Origin: Lama glama
Taxonomy: Eukaryota
Length of the DNA stretch: 64,000 nt
Direction of reading: 5' to 3'
NCBI GenBank assembly: GCA_028534125.1
Contig: CM052818.1
Coordinates: 28,336,001-28,400,000 of the forward strand
Part shown: positions 1 to 12,605 of the stretch, one piece after another
Layout: every line of letters starts with the position of its first letter
Numbering within the stretch: the stretch's first letter is position 1
Translations under genes and position numbers: made by a program
The notes under the pieces: generated by a model
Database searches by the model: none
The model's input: only the letters and a program-made list of their open reading frames with translations
What the model was told of the DNA's origin: nothing

Positions 1-797
1 ACATGGAGAATTATAAAACACTGATTAAGGAAATTAAAGATGACTTAAAGAAATGGAAAGATATACCATGCTCTTGGGTTGGAAGAATCAACATTGTTAA
101 AATGTTCACACTGCCCAAGGCAATGTACAGATTTAATGTGATCCCTATCAAATTATCCATGACATTTTTCACAGAACTAGAACAAATAATCCTGAAATTT
201 ATATGGAATCAGAAAAGACCCAGAATTGCCAAAGCAATACTAAAGAAAAAGAATGAAGCTGAAGAAATAACCCTCCCAGACTTCAGATAATACTACAGAG
301 CTATGGTAATCAAAACAGTGTGGTACTGGCACAAGAACAGACATATTGATCAATGGAACAAAACAGAGCCCAGAAATAAACCCACAGTACAGTCAACTGA
401 TTTTCAACAAAGGAGATAAGAATATACAGTGGAGAAGAGTCTCTTCAGCAAGAGGTGTTGGGAAAACTGGACAGCAGCACATACATCAATGAAGTTAGAA
501 TATTCCCTCTCACCATACACAAAAAGAAACTCAAAATGGCTTAAAGACTTAAATATAAGACAAGACATGATAAACCTCCCAGAAGAAAACATAGGCAAAA
601 CATTCTCTGACATAAATCTTAGCAGTGTTCACCAGGGCAGTCTACCCAGGCAATAAAATAAAAGCAAAAATAAACAAATGGGACCTAATTAAACTTACCA
701 GTTTTTGTACAGCAAAGGAAACCATAAGTAAAACAAAATGACAACCTACGGAATGGGAGAAAACATTTGCAAATGATGCAACTGATAAAGGTTTAAT
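1..797 (+). mobile_element. LINE-1 ORF2 C-terminal region fragment, disrupted; ends abruptly without 3' UTR or poly(A)
   Basis: ORFs 3..290 ([17 protein letters not shown]...[16 protein letters not shown]) and 429..656 ([11 protein letters not shown]...[11 protein letters not shown]) match L1 ORF2p downstream of RT; in-frame stop at 288-290; closely similar to the copy at 48461-49045. Confidence 0.95.
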
Positions 798-1892
798 AAC
801 AATTTTTAGACCCTTAATCATTGTGCTAGTTAACAGGAAAACAAAGTTGAAGTGATGAACTTGAAACTCTAGTCACAGGTTCAAGCTGACCCAGATACCA
901 CAAGATTTCACAGGGTTTATTAGGGATCCACTTTACATCTGGGCCATAACATGACTCCTGCATCTTTTATGGTTCTCACCAGGTCTCACTGCCCTGATTT
1001 TATAGATTGGGCTCCATGATTCACTGTATTCTCTCCCCTACATCACAGATTTTTAAAGAAGTAAAACAGTGAACATACTATTTTTTACCCTCTGATTTTT
1101 AAAATTTATTGCCTTATTCTCTGGGGCAGGCTTTTTGTAATTTTCAAACAAACTACCAAAAGCAATAGAAACACTAGACACTATGCAGAGGAACACTAAT
1201 GTGTTCAAAATCACTGGGAAAAACTAACTAAAGGAAAGAAGTAAAACTGATTATTTCAGGTGTGTTACTATAGCCTGAAAATGTTGCAACAAAATCAGTT
1301 TAGCCTGCTTTGAGTTTGGGAAACATCTGCCTTTTCTATTAAAAACAGTACAAGGAATTTTCTTTCATGAAACTTAAAAATAACTGACAATCTTTTGAAC
1401 TTCAATTTCTGCAAAAGGAAGGGAAATACCAGTTTATAATAGTTGACTTTGTGTTAAAAATATATATTTAAGAACATGTTTTAAAAGCAGCATCAATTAC
1501 TTACTCACTCCAAACGATGCTTTTTGGTGAATACTTAAAAGAGCAGTAACTTGCTGCTTGCCAAGTAAGGCAACTATGTTTCCGGCAGTGCAGCCACTAG
1601 CTTTATGTTAACTAAGTTCTTCCAAGTAAAATTTAGTATTGGAAGTCTTTTAAAGAGCAAGATGTTGGATAGTAGCAAAAATATAACAATTCAAAATATT
1701 TATTTTAATTAATTTTTCTGTCTCCTCTACTTTGTTCTCTTATCTTATATAACAAAGTAATAAATAATTCAAAGAAATGTCTACTTCTTGTGAACATCTA
1801 TGTGTAGTCTTAAAAGGTCATGTGGCTAGTTTAGTCTATAATACACTTAAGTGTTTCTCTTTTTTTAAGTTATTCTAGGGGTCAGATTTAGA

Positions 1893-2376
1893 TGATGGAA
1901 TTCAGGACATATGATTCCAAAACATGGCACCTTGGTATATTAAATTCTGCAACCTGAGGGAATCTGAGAAAACAGTAGAAGCAAGAAGGCTAGTTTGACC
2001 TTGCCCTGCCCTCTTCCCTGAAACACGTCATAAAACCGTCCTGTGAAAAGTATCCTCCCTATTCCCAGAGGACCCCCTTACCGCCAAAGACAAAGGGACA
2101 CTGAGAGAAATCCTAACAAACAGGCCTTGCTAAGTTTACCTCATGCTCCTTAACCCCTCACATTCCTCTGCTACTGTCCACTCTTCATCAAACCCAGCAT
2201 AAAAATACTCAGGTGTACCTGTTTCTTCTGTTTCTCAATTCTTTATGAAGGCTCTCGTGTCACAGAAAACATATTAAATGCATTTGTGGGCTTTTCTCTT
2301 GTTCATTTGTCAGTTTAATTTTCAGACCCAAGTAGGGACCTTAAAAGGGTCTTGGAAATTCTCTTCCTCTCCTACA
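1893..2376 (+). mobile_element. Solo ERV1 LTR, MER39/MER34-like
   Basis: TG...CA termini (tgatggaattcaggac...ctcctaca); motifs caaaacatggcaccttgg and aacaaacaggccttgctaagttt; near-TSD taga/tagg. Confidence 0.8.
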
Positions 2377-3549
2377 TAGGTCTGAGAAGAAAGGATGAAA
2401 ATAAGAGTATCAAACAGCATTTACATAGGCCTAGTCCTTCATGCTCCATGAGAATTTCAGCCCAAATCAAAGTTTTCTATCGAGTTCTAGAAGTCCTCAC
2501 AAATGATCTCACTATGTGCTATAAAATCTTCCACTATCTGAAATCTGCCTTTTCACTTGTCTTCATTCAAATCTGTATCGTGTTTCTCCCAGCCTACACC
2601 TCAAGCAGTGGGGCTACTGACCCTCACGTAAGATGTCACCATTTTGCTAATGGCCCCACCTGCTGTTAAGCTGCTGAGGCTCAGTACCAAGAGGAGCCAA
2701 CACTGGTTACTGTCCTGAAGACACTGCTTTCTTTCCCAGTCAATTCTTGCCATCAGGGTTTCCAAAACCCACTGAAGAAATTACATAAGGATATGGCTGG
2801 TCCTGTCCTCCCAAATTCAGCCCCTGGATAACTGAGGGGAAGGGGATGGCGCTCTGCTGTAAGAGGAACGTACTCCGCGGCTGCCTACGATTCTAAAACC
2901 AGTGCTGCCCTTTTTGTGCTTTTAGTGACCAAGGTCCTTTTTGGCCTCTTCCTTGCCTATGGCTACTCTTTCACTTTAAGCTTAATACTGATGAGCCCAA
3001 TACAAATAATTTGATAAGACATCCTGTTCCCAACATCAAGACATCCATGGCAGCTGATGGTCTCCAGCAGCTTTTTCAAGTAAAAAAAATACACAGGCCA
3101 AGTTTAAGATTTGTCATTAACTTGGGCATAAATGGAACAACAGAATTAAATTCAAAAGTCATTGGTAACTGTTATTTTTCTAAACTCCAAGAAACTTCCC
3201 CTATTCCTATCATTAGGAATACAATTGTCTCCTTACCTCCCTCCCGGAGGTTCAACATTATTCATGCACATATGACGCATCTCAACAGAAAAGAATGTTA
3301 ATTGGCCCCCAATTAATTGGTGCTGTTTACTCATTTTATTCATTCTAGGCATCTTGTTCCTGGATGAAATTTTAAGTAGAGCTCATCTCATTTGGCTATC
3401 TCCTTCCTCAGCAAGACTGAAAAGGATTACTTTGATTTAGGATAAAAAGGAACCCAAACTTCTATAGATGTATTTCTCTAGTTCTGCAGTGCCACACTCA
3501 TGACTAGGATAAGAGGGAGGGGCAAAATAAAAGCAACTAAGATTTCCTG

Positions 3550-3720
3550 GGTGGTTTGTGTTTCTTAGGCACTGTGGTAAATGCTTATCTAAATTATTTC
3601 ATCTAATCACTACAGTAGAGCTGAGATACAGACGCAGATAGCTGAGGCTACTGAGGATCAAACTGAGATTGAAGTATTGATAAGTGGCAAACTTGACTTC
3701 GAATTTGCATCTGAATTGTC
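3550..3720 (-). mobile_element. MIR SINE fragment
   Basis: ggcactgtggtaaatgc...atctaatcactaca...ataagtggc resembles antisense MIR. Confidence 0.55.
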
Positions 3721-4324
3721 AAGATGTTTTCTTCCCTTCTCTTTCCCTTCTTTATTCTTTTCATTTTGAAGTTTCGTTTTGTTTACTCTTAGTATGATAG
3801 TGAGAACTCTTTATAAATCTCCTTAGAAAATTACTATTTTAATTTAATGCCTTGTCACCCAAAACAACAAACAATAATACAAAACAGTTACTCTTATCTG
3901 AGTGTGTCCTAAAAGTCAGGTATCAAGTTTGATTTTGATTAAGGAGCTGTTTTACAAATATCAAGATAATTATATCACCAAAAGAAAAAAAAAGAAAGGA
4001 AGTTATACTTTTGAGATAAATGAAAATGTTTATATTTAAAATGCACTCCAGTGGACCAAGGGATCACATATCACTGTATATCCATGAATAGATGTTGTTT
4101 TGTTTTTTTATTATTTATAAAATAAAGCTTAAAAACAAAGCTGAGGAACACATAAGAAATCATCCCTAGTAGATTTTTCTTGAGAAAGAACAAGCTAGTT
4201 ATTAATAACTCTATACCTCCTTTGCAGAAATCTTGTGCAAGGTGAACTAGAGACTCACAGATTCAATTTCTGATGACAGAAGTAGAAAACAGATTTGGAA
4301 AGAACAAGATTTTTTTTATGGATT

Positions 4325-4440
4325 AGAGCCCTAGCTCTTGGTATATTGAGCATATTTTTATCAAATGATGTCAGAGATGAAAACATAATCTTCAGTTTTC
4401 TTGAGGACAAGGGCCTGGAAACATCCAGAATAAGCTCCAG
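4325..4440 (+). mobile_element. Possible CR1/L3 LINE fragment
   Basis: catatttttatcaaatgatgtcagagatgaaaacata resembles the L3 RT region. Confidence 0.3.
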
Positions 4441-4785
4441 AGAGGCGAGTTCACAGTCCAAAAGAAGGTAGGAAAACCTCATCATTGCCTATCATGTCTG
4501 AGATTATGAGATTATTTTATCTTGAGATCATGAGTTATGAAAGTGGCCGAAAGGCTGCATTCGCTTGTCTAATCTATGTTACTGCCCTCTCCCACTCTCA
4601 GAAAAGATCTACTCAGATCTTGGTTGTCACAAGAACATGCTTGATTTGCCTTACAGATGGTGCATGAGAAGGGATAATGAACTATTTTTACTGCTGAAAT
4701 AGTTAGGTTATTTTATCAGGATGGCATCATATATGACTTAAGGTATAGCAATGAATCTTCAAGGGGCCCAACAAAAAGGTACTTT

Positions 4786-5288
4786 TGTACCAGAGAAGAA
4801 CAAACCTGACTCCATATTGGATCTATTCCTTTGGCTCTAACCTTTTGTGCTCTGTTGCCTGTGCTTAGTCATGTGGGCTCTGCTCCTATGCAAAAGAATA
4901 TTGCCTATAGCCTGAATTATCTCAGTGCTCTGCCTCCCAGATTTGACTTTTAAATATATAACACTTTTCCATCCATATAGAAATGAAAAGTTGCAAAATA
5001 GAAAGTAACAATTGTCTTGCTGGATGTTTATAAAAACATTCTAAAAAGACTTATGTGGACAGCTGCAAAAACAAAGTATTTGGCAACAAGAAAATCGCAA
5101 CCTCTCCCCTTTTAGTATAAAAGAAGTTTGAATTCTAACCTGGGTAAGACAGCTCTTGGGACACTGGGGCACGATCATCTGGGTCTCCTGGTTTTCCAAA
5201 TGCGGTCGTTATTCTTTGCCCCAGCACTTCATCCCTCAATATATTGGCCTATTGTGTGGCAAGCAGTATTAGCTTGGACTTGGTAATA
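4786..5288 (+). mobile_element. Solo ERV1 LTR, MER41-like (laurasiatherian type)
   Basis: Starts tgtaccagagaagaacaaacctgactccatattggatc; TATA-like tataaaa near 5117; ends gcttggacttggtaata. Confidence 0.75.
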
Positions 5289-5459
5289 CATTTAGCCCTG
5301 TAAAAAAACAAGAAGGTACATTAGCAGAGGTTCAGGAATTCTATTCAACTTGAACTCTTCAGATTTTTGAACTTTATGTTCTTTGAGATAGTATTCTCTC
5401 TTATTTCTTTAGAATGTAAGATCCCAAGGATGGGCATTTTAATTCATTTTTCTCTGACA

Positions 5460-5633
5460 GTCCTCGTGAAGTTCTTAGAAATACATGTTATTAACCTCAC
5501 TTCAAAAATGAAGAAAACAAGACTCTAGGAATTTGAGTAATATATCTAAATTCTCACAATAAGGAATGGTAGATCTTGAATTCAAACACAGTTCAGCTTG
5601 ATTCTAAAGCTTGTGATCTTAACCACTACACTA
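5460..5633 (-). mobile_element. MIR SINE fragment
   Basis: aaatgaagaaaacaagactct...gaattcaaacacag...tcttaaccactacact. Confidence 0.65.
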
Positions 5634-6639
5634 CTTTGTACAGCAAGAAGCCTAAGAAGCTATTTATGGCTCTTTTCTCAGGGAGTTTTTGTTTGTTTGT
5701 TTGTTTAGACATATAATGATGGTAAGTCTTATATTTACCCTGCTTAAGAATTCTGATCAGGCAAAATTCAACAAAGAGGGTAGTACTTTAAATTAACCCA
5801 TGCTAGAATTTATACTCATTCAAAGAACATTTATAGATATTCCACAATGTAAGAGTTAGTGTGTTAAACATTGTATGAATCAGCATGAACTTGATACTAA
5901 AAATAATGCAGAAAAAATACTGCAGAATACCTTCTGGGCTAAATCCATGGATAGACAGCCAATTTTATTGTTTCCTGGACCACTTGATCATTTTAACTAA
6001 ATTAAGCACCTGTAACCACCAGATGTCTAATTAGAAAGTAAGGGGTAGGTGCAGTGAATAAATGAAAAATATTTTAAAAGAATACATGGAATTGGCCCAA
6101 ATATCTTCATTATATCACTGTTCATTCCTCATCCCAAGGTAGAAGATTATCATACTAAGAACATTGGGATCTAATTGGTAAGAATCAGATGTTATTGATA
6201 CATGTGAGACCATAAATTTGCTGATCCAGGCCTCTATTTCAGTTATTTGACTTTTTTTCAACAAGGAGATCATAAGTAACTGAGTTGGGCATCAAAGCTT
6301 CTTCTGATAAAGCAAAGTTATATTCAGCTACTCTTGCCTGATCCATCGACCATCACCGCTGTGGCTCCTGTCAATTACAAAAGGCCTAGCTCCTCCCTAG
6401 TCCCTCCGCTCTCAAGTCTGGTCATCATTTATTAGTGTATTTCCCTTTAAAATACTAATTGCTAAAGAAAGTTATGTGTATCTGTTATTGATCCCACTGC
6501 TCCATCTGACTCAGAGAAATACATTTAGCAACAGTAAAAATTAAATCATAAATCTGTTGTTTTATTATGTTGCTGAATTCAACATAATCTCTGTTACATC
6601 ACACCAATCTAACTATTTTCATAATCTTGAAGGATAGTT

Positions 6640-6762
6640 TGGCCTAAAACAGCATCTACTTCACAGGGTGATTGTGAAAATTAAATTAGCTGATATACAT
6701 AAACGGTTATAACAGTACCTAAGTATTGCAGGCACACTCAAAACCTTAGCTACTATTATTTC
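6640..6762 (+). mobile_element. MIR SINE 3' part
   Basis: ctacttcacagggtgattgtgaaaattaaattag...ttagctactattatt. Confidence 0.65.
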
Positions 6763-7369
6763 TATTTCTATTGTTTCTACTGTCAAGAGTATGCAAGGCA
6801 AATCAATAGTTCTCAGGGAAGATTCCTGACTACAGAAACTGACAACTCTTTTTACCATTATATCCTAAGAGATGTCATAAAATTACAGCTAGAACTTTGA
6901 AGAAAGACTCTTGGGACTTTAGGATGACAGGAGAAGAATGTGTATCCCCCTTTCCTTTATGAGATTAGAGGGAAGGTGAGAAATAGACAAATAAACTCTT
7001 CAGTCAAACTAGGACACACTATAACCACCAGACCAACATATGAGGAGAGCTGTCAGAACAAGTAACGGTTAGACCAGATGGGCCTGCTGCTGCCAGTACA
7101 CACTGAATTGGAAGAATGCAGAGAGGGACAGAAAACACCATTGTTAGAAGCAATGACACCAACGGCATGGGTTGCTGAATGAAGTTCTTTGGACCCTGAT
7201 AGAGATAAGAGATGCTGGAATAAATAAAAGAATTTGCAGATGTCCCATCACTGAAGGGCTCATCCAAAGGTGAAACCCACTGGAGAAGATAGTGAGTTGT
7301 GAGCAGGCCAGTATCTGTAGGAACAGGGAAAGTCTGGGAATAAGGATAATCAAACCAAAGCACTCTTGT

Positions 7370-7432
7370 TTCTCTCTCTTTATCTTTCTTTCTCTCACAC
7401 ACATGCAACACACGCACACACATGCACACACA
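7370..7432. repeat. (TC)n/(CA)n compound microsatellite
   Basis: Seen directly. Confidence 0.85.
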
Positions 7433-7439
7433 AAGTAAA

Positions 7440-8060
7440 TAAAGGGAAAATGGCATGGCAGGGAAAAGGAGGGCATGAAAAACTGTCATTGCTGCTCAGG
7501 AAAGAAGCTGAAAAGAAAAATAAAATAGCGCCGAAATGAAGGTCATGCTGAGAAATAAAAAGAGAAGACTATACAATTGAAAAGATAGTAAGTGTTAGAG
7601 AGGGCAAGACTAAGAAAAAAATGAACAAAATGATTGAAAATGAGTAAGAAGATAAGAAGTTAAAAATACAGAAAATGAGAAATAGGGCCTTCACAAAGAC
7701 GGAAGTTGAAAAAAAACAAAAATATTTTAATTTGTAATTGAGAAGATTATTCAAAACTAAGAGGAAAACTTGAATCCAAGTCTAGAAGAGGAAGTATACC
7801 ATGTCTCCAGAATAACTAATACAAAATAATAAATTTCAAGACATTTCCTGGTACACTGTTATGATTTAAAAGGTGAAAGAGATGGAGAGAGACAGGGAAA
7901 AAAGGGAGACAGGTTCTTGTATATCCAGGAAGAGATCATACAAATAGTCTGTTCTCAACACGTACACAGAAAATTCCACACTACAAGATGGAGAGCTAGA
8001 AAATCTAAGACAAACTACCCCAGAGGAAGTAAAGAAAAATTTCAAGTAGATACTCTGCAA
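7440..8060 (+). mobile_element. Very old L1 ORF1/HAL1-like fragment
   Basis: A-rich degenerate ORF1-like sequence; no open frame. Confidence 0.4.
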
Positions 8061-9084
8061 AAAAGCACTTGTCTGACTATGCCAAAAACAGTATTTCCTT
8101 CAATTTTTCTAGAAAACTTGCATGGTTCCTACAGTGCAAGGTACCGTATTAGGTATGTTAGTTATTTGTAAGCTTGACTTTCTTCTCCGCCACACCTGAC
8201 CTTCTCACAGGCTGTCCTGTTCACTCCTGCCCCTTCCTCGCACATAGATTGGTCTCAAAGTCAGTCTGTTGAACTGATGCACTATGTTATTGTAGTAATC
8301 TGGGACTCCAAGACAAATTGCTGATAATTCAAGAAACTTGCCCAGACTTTGGCTTTCAGGGAAAACAAAACATGAAAAAAATCAACATTAAATCATATAA
8401 AAATGAAATATAATGTTACTTAGCCAGGAGCTTTTTGTCCACTACACAAGGCTGCAGCCCCATGGTAAACATTTTGACATTATAATATGGAATAGCACAA
8501 CTTGCCTCTGTAATTAATTGCATTTCATAAAAAATAAAACCCTCAGGATAAACAAAAAGCTTAAAAATCAGTTATTCAGATCATGGTTTTATGTGATCAA
8601 AAGTATTCCTCTGTGTGTGAGCCTAAGGGGTATGGAGTGAAAAGGCGGGAGATGAGGCAGGAATCTATTCCAGGGTCTGGTTCAGGCACAGGCTGGGCTG
8701 AGATAATGTTCCAAGGATTTAAGCTGCTTTTTTTTTTTTAAGAAAGGTTCAGACCAGACTCTGGGGTATGTTCTCTTCAAGTTGAGTATGTCCAGTACTG
8801 GTGCCAGCAAGTCCTGACATTCACGTAAGTTTCTACAAAAATGGGCTTTTCAGAAAGACCACCTGAATCTTGAGTTTCTGTGAATGGTAAATGGCCCCAG
8901 GAAGGAGAAAAAAAAAAATTAGCTTAGGTTCCTTCTTCTACTTTCTAGGTTTGTTAGGTAAGAATTTTTGAGGGCCAACTATTAAGAGAGATATAAACTG
9001 ATCTAATTGCTGTCTCCATACAACAGGATTATGGTTCAGTTGTATACTATGTGAACAGGCAGTGAAGGAGACAGAAAGACAGCA

Positions 9085-9292
9085 GGGGAAGGAAGGAAGG
9101 AAGGAAGGAAGGAAGGAAGGAAGGAAGGAAGGGAGGGAGGGAGGGAGGGAGGGGAGGGGAGGGGAGGGAAGGGAAGGGAAGGGAAGGAAAAGAAAAGAAA
9201 GGAAGCAAAGGGAAGGGAAGCAAAGGGAAGGGAAGCAGGGAGGAAGGAAGGAACGAAAAGGGGAAGGAAGGGAGGGGAGGAAGAAAGAAAAG
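9085..9292 (+). repeat. Polypurine simple repeat (GGAA)n-(GGGA)n-(GGGAA)n
   Basis: Seen directly; explains ORFs 8938..9318, 9047..9316 and 9062..9352. Confidence 0.97.
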
Positions 9293-9969
9293 ATGCTCAG
9301 GATCCCAATTAAACACATTTATTTTAACATGATTTTACAGAGAAAGAATTAAATTAAAGATATTGGAAATATCCAATTACATTGATATAACTGCCTAGGG
9401 CTGACTTCTATGAATCAATTTCATAAAATATAGTCCTTGCAATATCATCTTCATCAATTAACATTTATTGAGTAGTTCCTAAGGTACATGACACATGAAG
9501 AGATAAGATTAACTTCCCTTTACCCTTCTCTCTAGAAAATGAAGCTAGTACCTCCTTCAAAATACCTGCCTGAGGGGGAAAAATGGAATTGCTCTAACAA
9601 TCTGAACAAACATTATTTCCAGAACTAATATTCTACTTATCTGGCTCTTGCCTTCCATATTTCCAATATCCTGTAATATCTCATAGAAATCTAAAAGTCA
9701 CAAAGTACAAACTGGCACAGTCTAGAGTATGTTTTGTGTACATTTTATTTGTTTAATACTTTATATTTTTAAATTCCCTTTAATAATAATTACTTAAATC
9801 AGGCAAAGTAACTATCATTTTCTCCAATTGTAAGACCTATATTAATAAGGACATCTGCTAACTCAAAATAATATTGCATGCTGCAGAGTGATTTTATGTT
9901 ATTTTCCTGTTATTGACATCCTCTTCTATACAATGAGGAAAAAAAGAGGTAAAGAGAGGAAGTAGATCT

Positions 9970-10395
9970 AACAATTTACTGAGTGATAGGTTGTGCTAAG
10001 CATTTTGCATTTACTATTATATATTTTTTATAATTTTATTTAATTATTTAAAAAATTTTCCTTCTAGTTTCATTGAGATATAATTGACGTACAGCACTGT
10101 ATATTTTTTTTTTGCTGGGGGGTGGGGGAGGTGGAGGTATTTAGATTTTATTAACTTATATATTTTTTAAACGGAGGATTGACTTTGTGCTTGCTAGGCA
10201 AGCACTCTACCACTGAGCTATACCCTCCCCTCTATGATTACATTTTTACTCTGAACAAACCTATGTGGTGGGTGTTTGTATACTCTTATCTTAGACAAAG
10301 CAGCGATGCTTACAAAAGTAAAGTCGTCTATTAAGTGGCAGATGTGGTATTAGAATCCAGGTCATCAAACTCCAAAGCCCATGTTCTGAACTACT
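9970..10395 (-). mobile_element. MIR SINE split by a younger SINE insertion
   Basis: tgtgctaagcattttgcat on the left; ttaagtggcagatgtggtattagaatccagg...ctccaaagcccatgttct on the right. Confidence 0.65.
10029..10230 (-). mobile_element. tRNA-derived SINE (camelid Vic-1-like) with an L1-like 3' extension
   Basis: Minus strand starts GGGGAGGGTATAGCTCAGTGGTAGAGTGC (A box); then a C-rich run and oligo(A), TATACAGTGCTGTACGTCAATTATATCTCAATGAAA, and an A-rich tail. Confidence 0.85.
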
Positions 10396-11529
10396 TCAAT
10401 ACACTTGCCCTTTTTGGTTTGCAGAAGCAGCTAAATTAAATTTATGCATCCTCTAGATTTGCACATTATTTCAGGTGACATCTTCCTATATTTTAATTGC
10501 CGTGTCATATAAACCGTGTAAGTAAGATTTTCTAAATATGTTGGTAAATATATATTTAAAAGACTGCAAATCACTTTAGAAACATTTTAAATTTTTATTA
10601 TGTATGCTCCAAATGTCTTTTGATTTCCACCTAGTTCAACAAACATATAGTGATATGTACCATGCAGAAAGAAATATATAGGAACTTTGAGAAACAAAAG
10701 GTGAACATGACAGACTCTGAGCCTGAAGGACAGGTGATATACTACTGCAAAGTCCCAGTCAGCAAATCTAACTGGAAATTGGGTATGGTTCTTTTTCTAA
10801 CTCATCTGCTATATTTATAAATCTAAATTATACTTGCCAGATAGAATCATACAAACATCACAGAGAAAAAAATAAAACCATCTTCTTTTCTATCAATTGT
10901 ACTTTACCAATTTCATACAGAGCTCCCAGTCTATGGCAGTAAAAGTTTTGAGAATTCCTTATACCTTTTTACAACCCAAGACACTCTAAAATATTGGGCT
11001 ATAAAATTTTATAACCTTTCTTATTGTAACAGCATGTTATTTCTCCCATAATGTTGTTGGTAGCAAAATTTGAAACAAAAAAATTTACAGGCACTTTTCA
11101 AGGCAATTGTAGATTAACACTTTCATTATTAAGTTCTTCAGTGTTTGTGTATTTGTAGGTTTCATTAATTAATAATAGTGCTATTGGCTTACCATCTAGT
11201 TTTGTTGTTATAGAAATTAATGCTGTAATTTTTCACAAAATATCTAAGCCAGAAAATCAAAATAAGTATATCTTGTGGTGTAAAGAAATGGAGGTCTGTC
11301 TGGGTTTGGGGTTACTGGAAGACAGTTACCATACAAATTATATGAAGAGGTTGGCATATATTTGGACTTTGCCCTGAGCATCAAAAAATACTTACGTGTC
11401 CTCATTCTCCTACACTTGCAAGCTTCTCTGTCTTAAAATTTTTTCCTAAGAAAATAGGACCATTTTGCTTTAGTTTCTCCAATCATGTTCATAATCATGA
11501 CCATTGTATGAAATAACACCTGCCTAATT

Positions 11530-12605
11530 ACTTCATTCATTTACTCATTGAACAAATATTTATTGTACTCTACTATATGCTATGCACCGTACAACCTTAT
11601 GTATAAGAATGAACAGGGTCAAAATGATGCCTGCCTCATTACCCTGAAAGCCTAGTCAGGGATCCTGATGAATAAATAGGAAATAAAAATGTAAAAATTA
11701 ATAAACAAAAATTTTAATTAAATAGCAGCAGGGGAAGCTGTCATGCTCTCACGATACCAGAGCCAAACAGGAAGAAGAAAGACTCCTCTTCTTTCCTCAT
11801 AAGGATTCAGCTCATGAAAAGCCAGGGACTCTCTGCTCACTTTAGCCCTCCCAGCTTCCTTTTCTCTCTATAAAGTGCTTTAGTCCCCTTGCTGTGGGGA
11901 GACTTGTACATGGATCACCACAGTTGCAGACTCTGAATTGCAATTTTGTGCTGACCCCAAACAAATTCATTTTTGCTGGAGAAATATACATCTATTTATT
12001 TCAGGTCAACAATAACATAAAGCAACGATGGCTACCAGTGGGTAACAAAGCATACAATTGGAGTTCATGTAAAAGAGAAGCACTGCTTAATATTTGCCAT
12101 ATGTGCTTAGTATGTAAAAGGGTGATGGACAAAGAAGGCTGCTTATATTAGCTGAGATGTCAAGAATGCATCTACTTAGCTAGGCAAATTCTGGGGAAAG
12201 GGGAGAAAGAGGATAATGCTTTACTCAGAGAATTACTCATGCCAAGGCTGAGGGTTAAGAAAGGCTGAGGTTGTTCAGGACTTTGGGAGAAACTGAATTG
12301 GGTGGTGCAGAGGGTAGGAAGAGGAGTGGGTGGTAGTTGTTCGGAATGCATAGGTGTGAGCAAGCCATGCAGTGAAAGATCCTGCAACCCTTGATAAGAA
12401 GGATGAACATCATCCTAAGAGCATTAGTTTCAATACATGTGAGATAAAATGATGTTGGTGTTTTAGAAAGACTGCTTTGACAATGATGGGGGAAATGGAT
12501 AGAAGCAAAGGCTAGAGGGGAAGAAATGAAAGTCACTAAGAACCTGTTAGAATAATCAAGTCAAGAAAGCAAAGAGATCTGAACTACATTTGTGATGGCT
12601 GGGTG
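11530..12605 (-). mobile_element. L2 LINE (3' end at left), interrupted by an LTR
   Basis: ttcattcatttactcattgaacaaatatttattg terminus; L2-like purine-rich body resumes after 12011. Confidence 0.75.
11690..12011 (+). mobile_element. Solo ERV1-type LTR nested in L2
   Basis: TG...CA termini (tgtaaaaattaat...tttcaggtcaaca); tataaa near 11869; near-TSD aaaa/ataa. Confidence 0.75.

Noticed and set aside
3..656. ORFs of 95 and 75 aa as a host gene
   Set aside because: L1 ORF2p remnants broken by stops and frameshifts
7019..7489. 156-aa and 110-aa minus-strand ORFs
   Set aside because: Cross a CA/TC microsatellite and probable old L1/HAL1 sequence; no recognisable domain
8938..9352. Three overlapping ORFs (LPSF and EGRK repeats)
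   Set aside because: Translations of the (GGAA)n simple repeat
10170..10230. tRNA gene
   Set aside because: A box only, B box disrupted, no full cloverleaf; it is a SINE head
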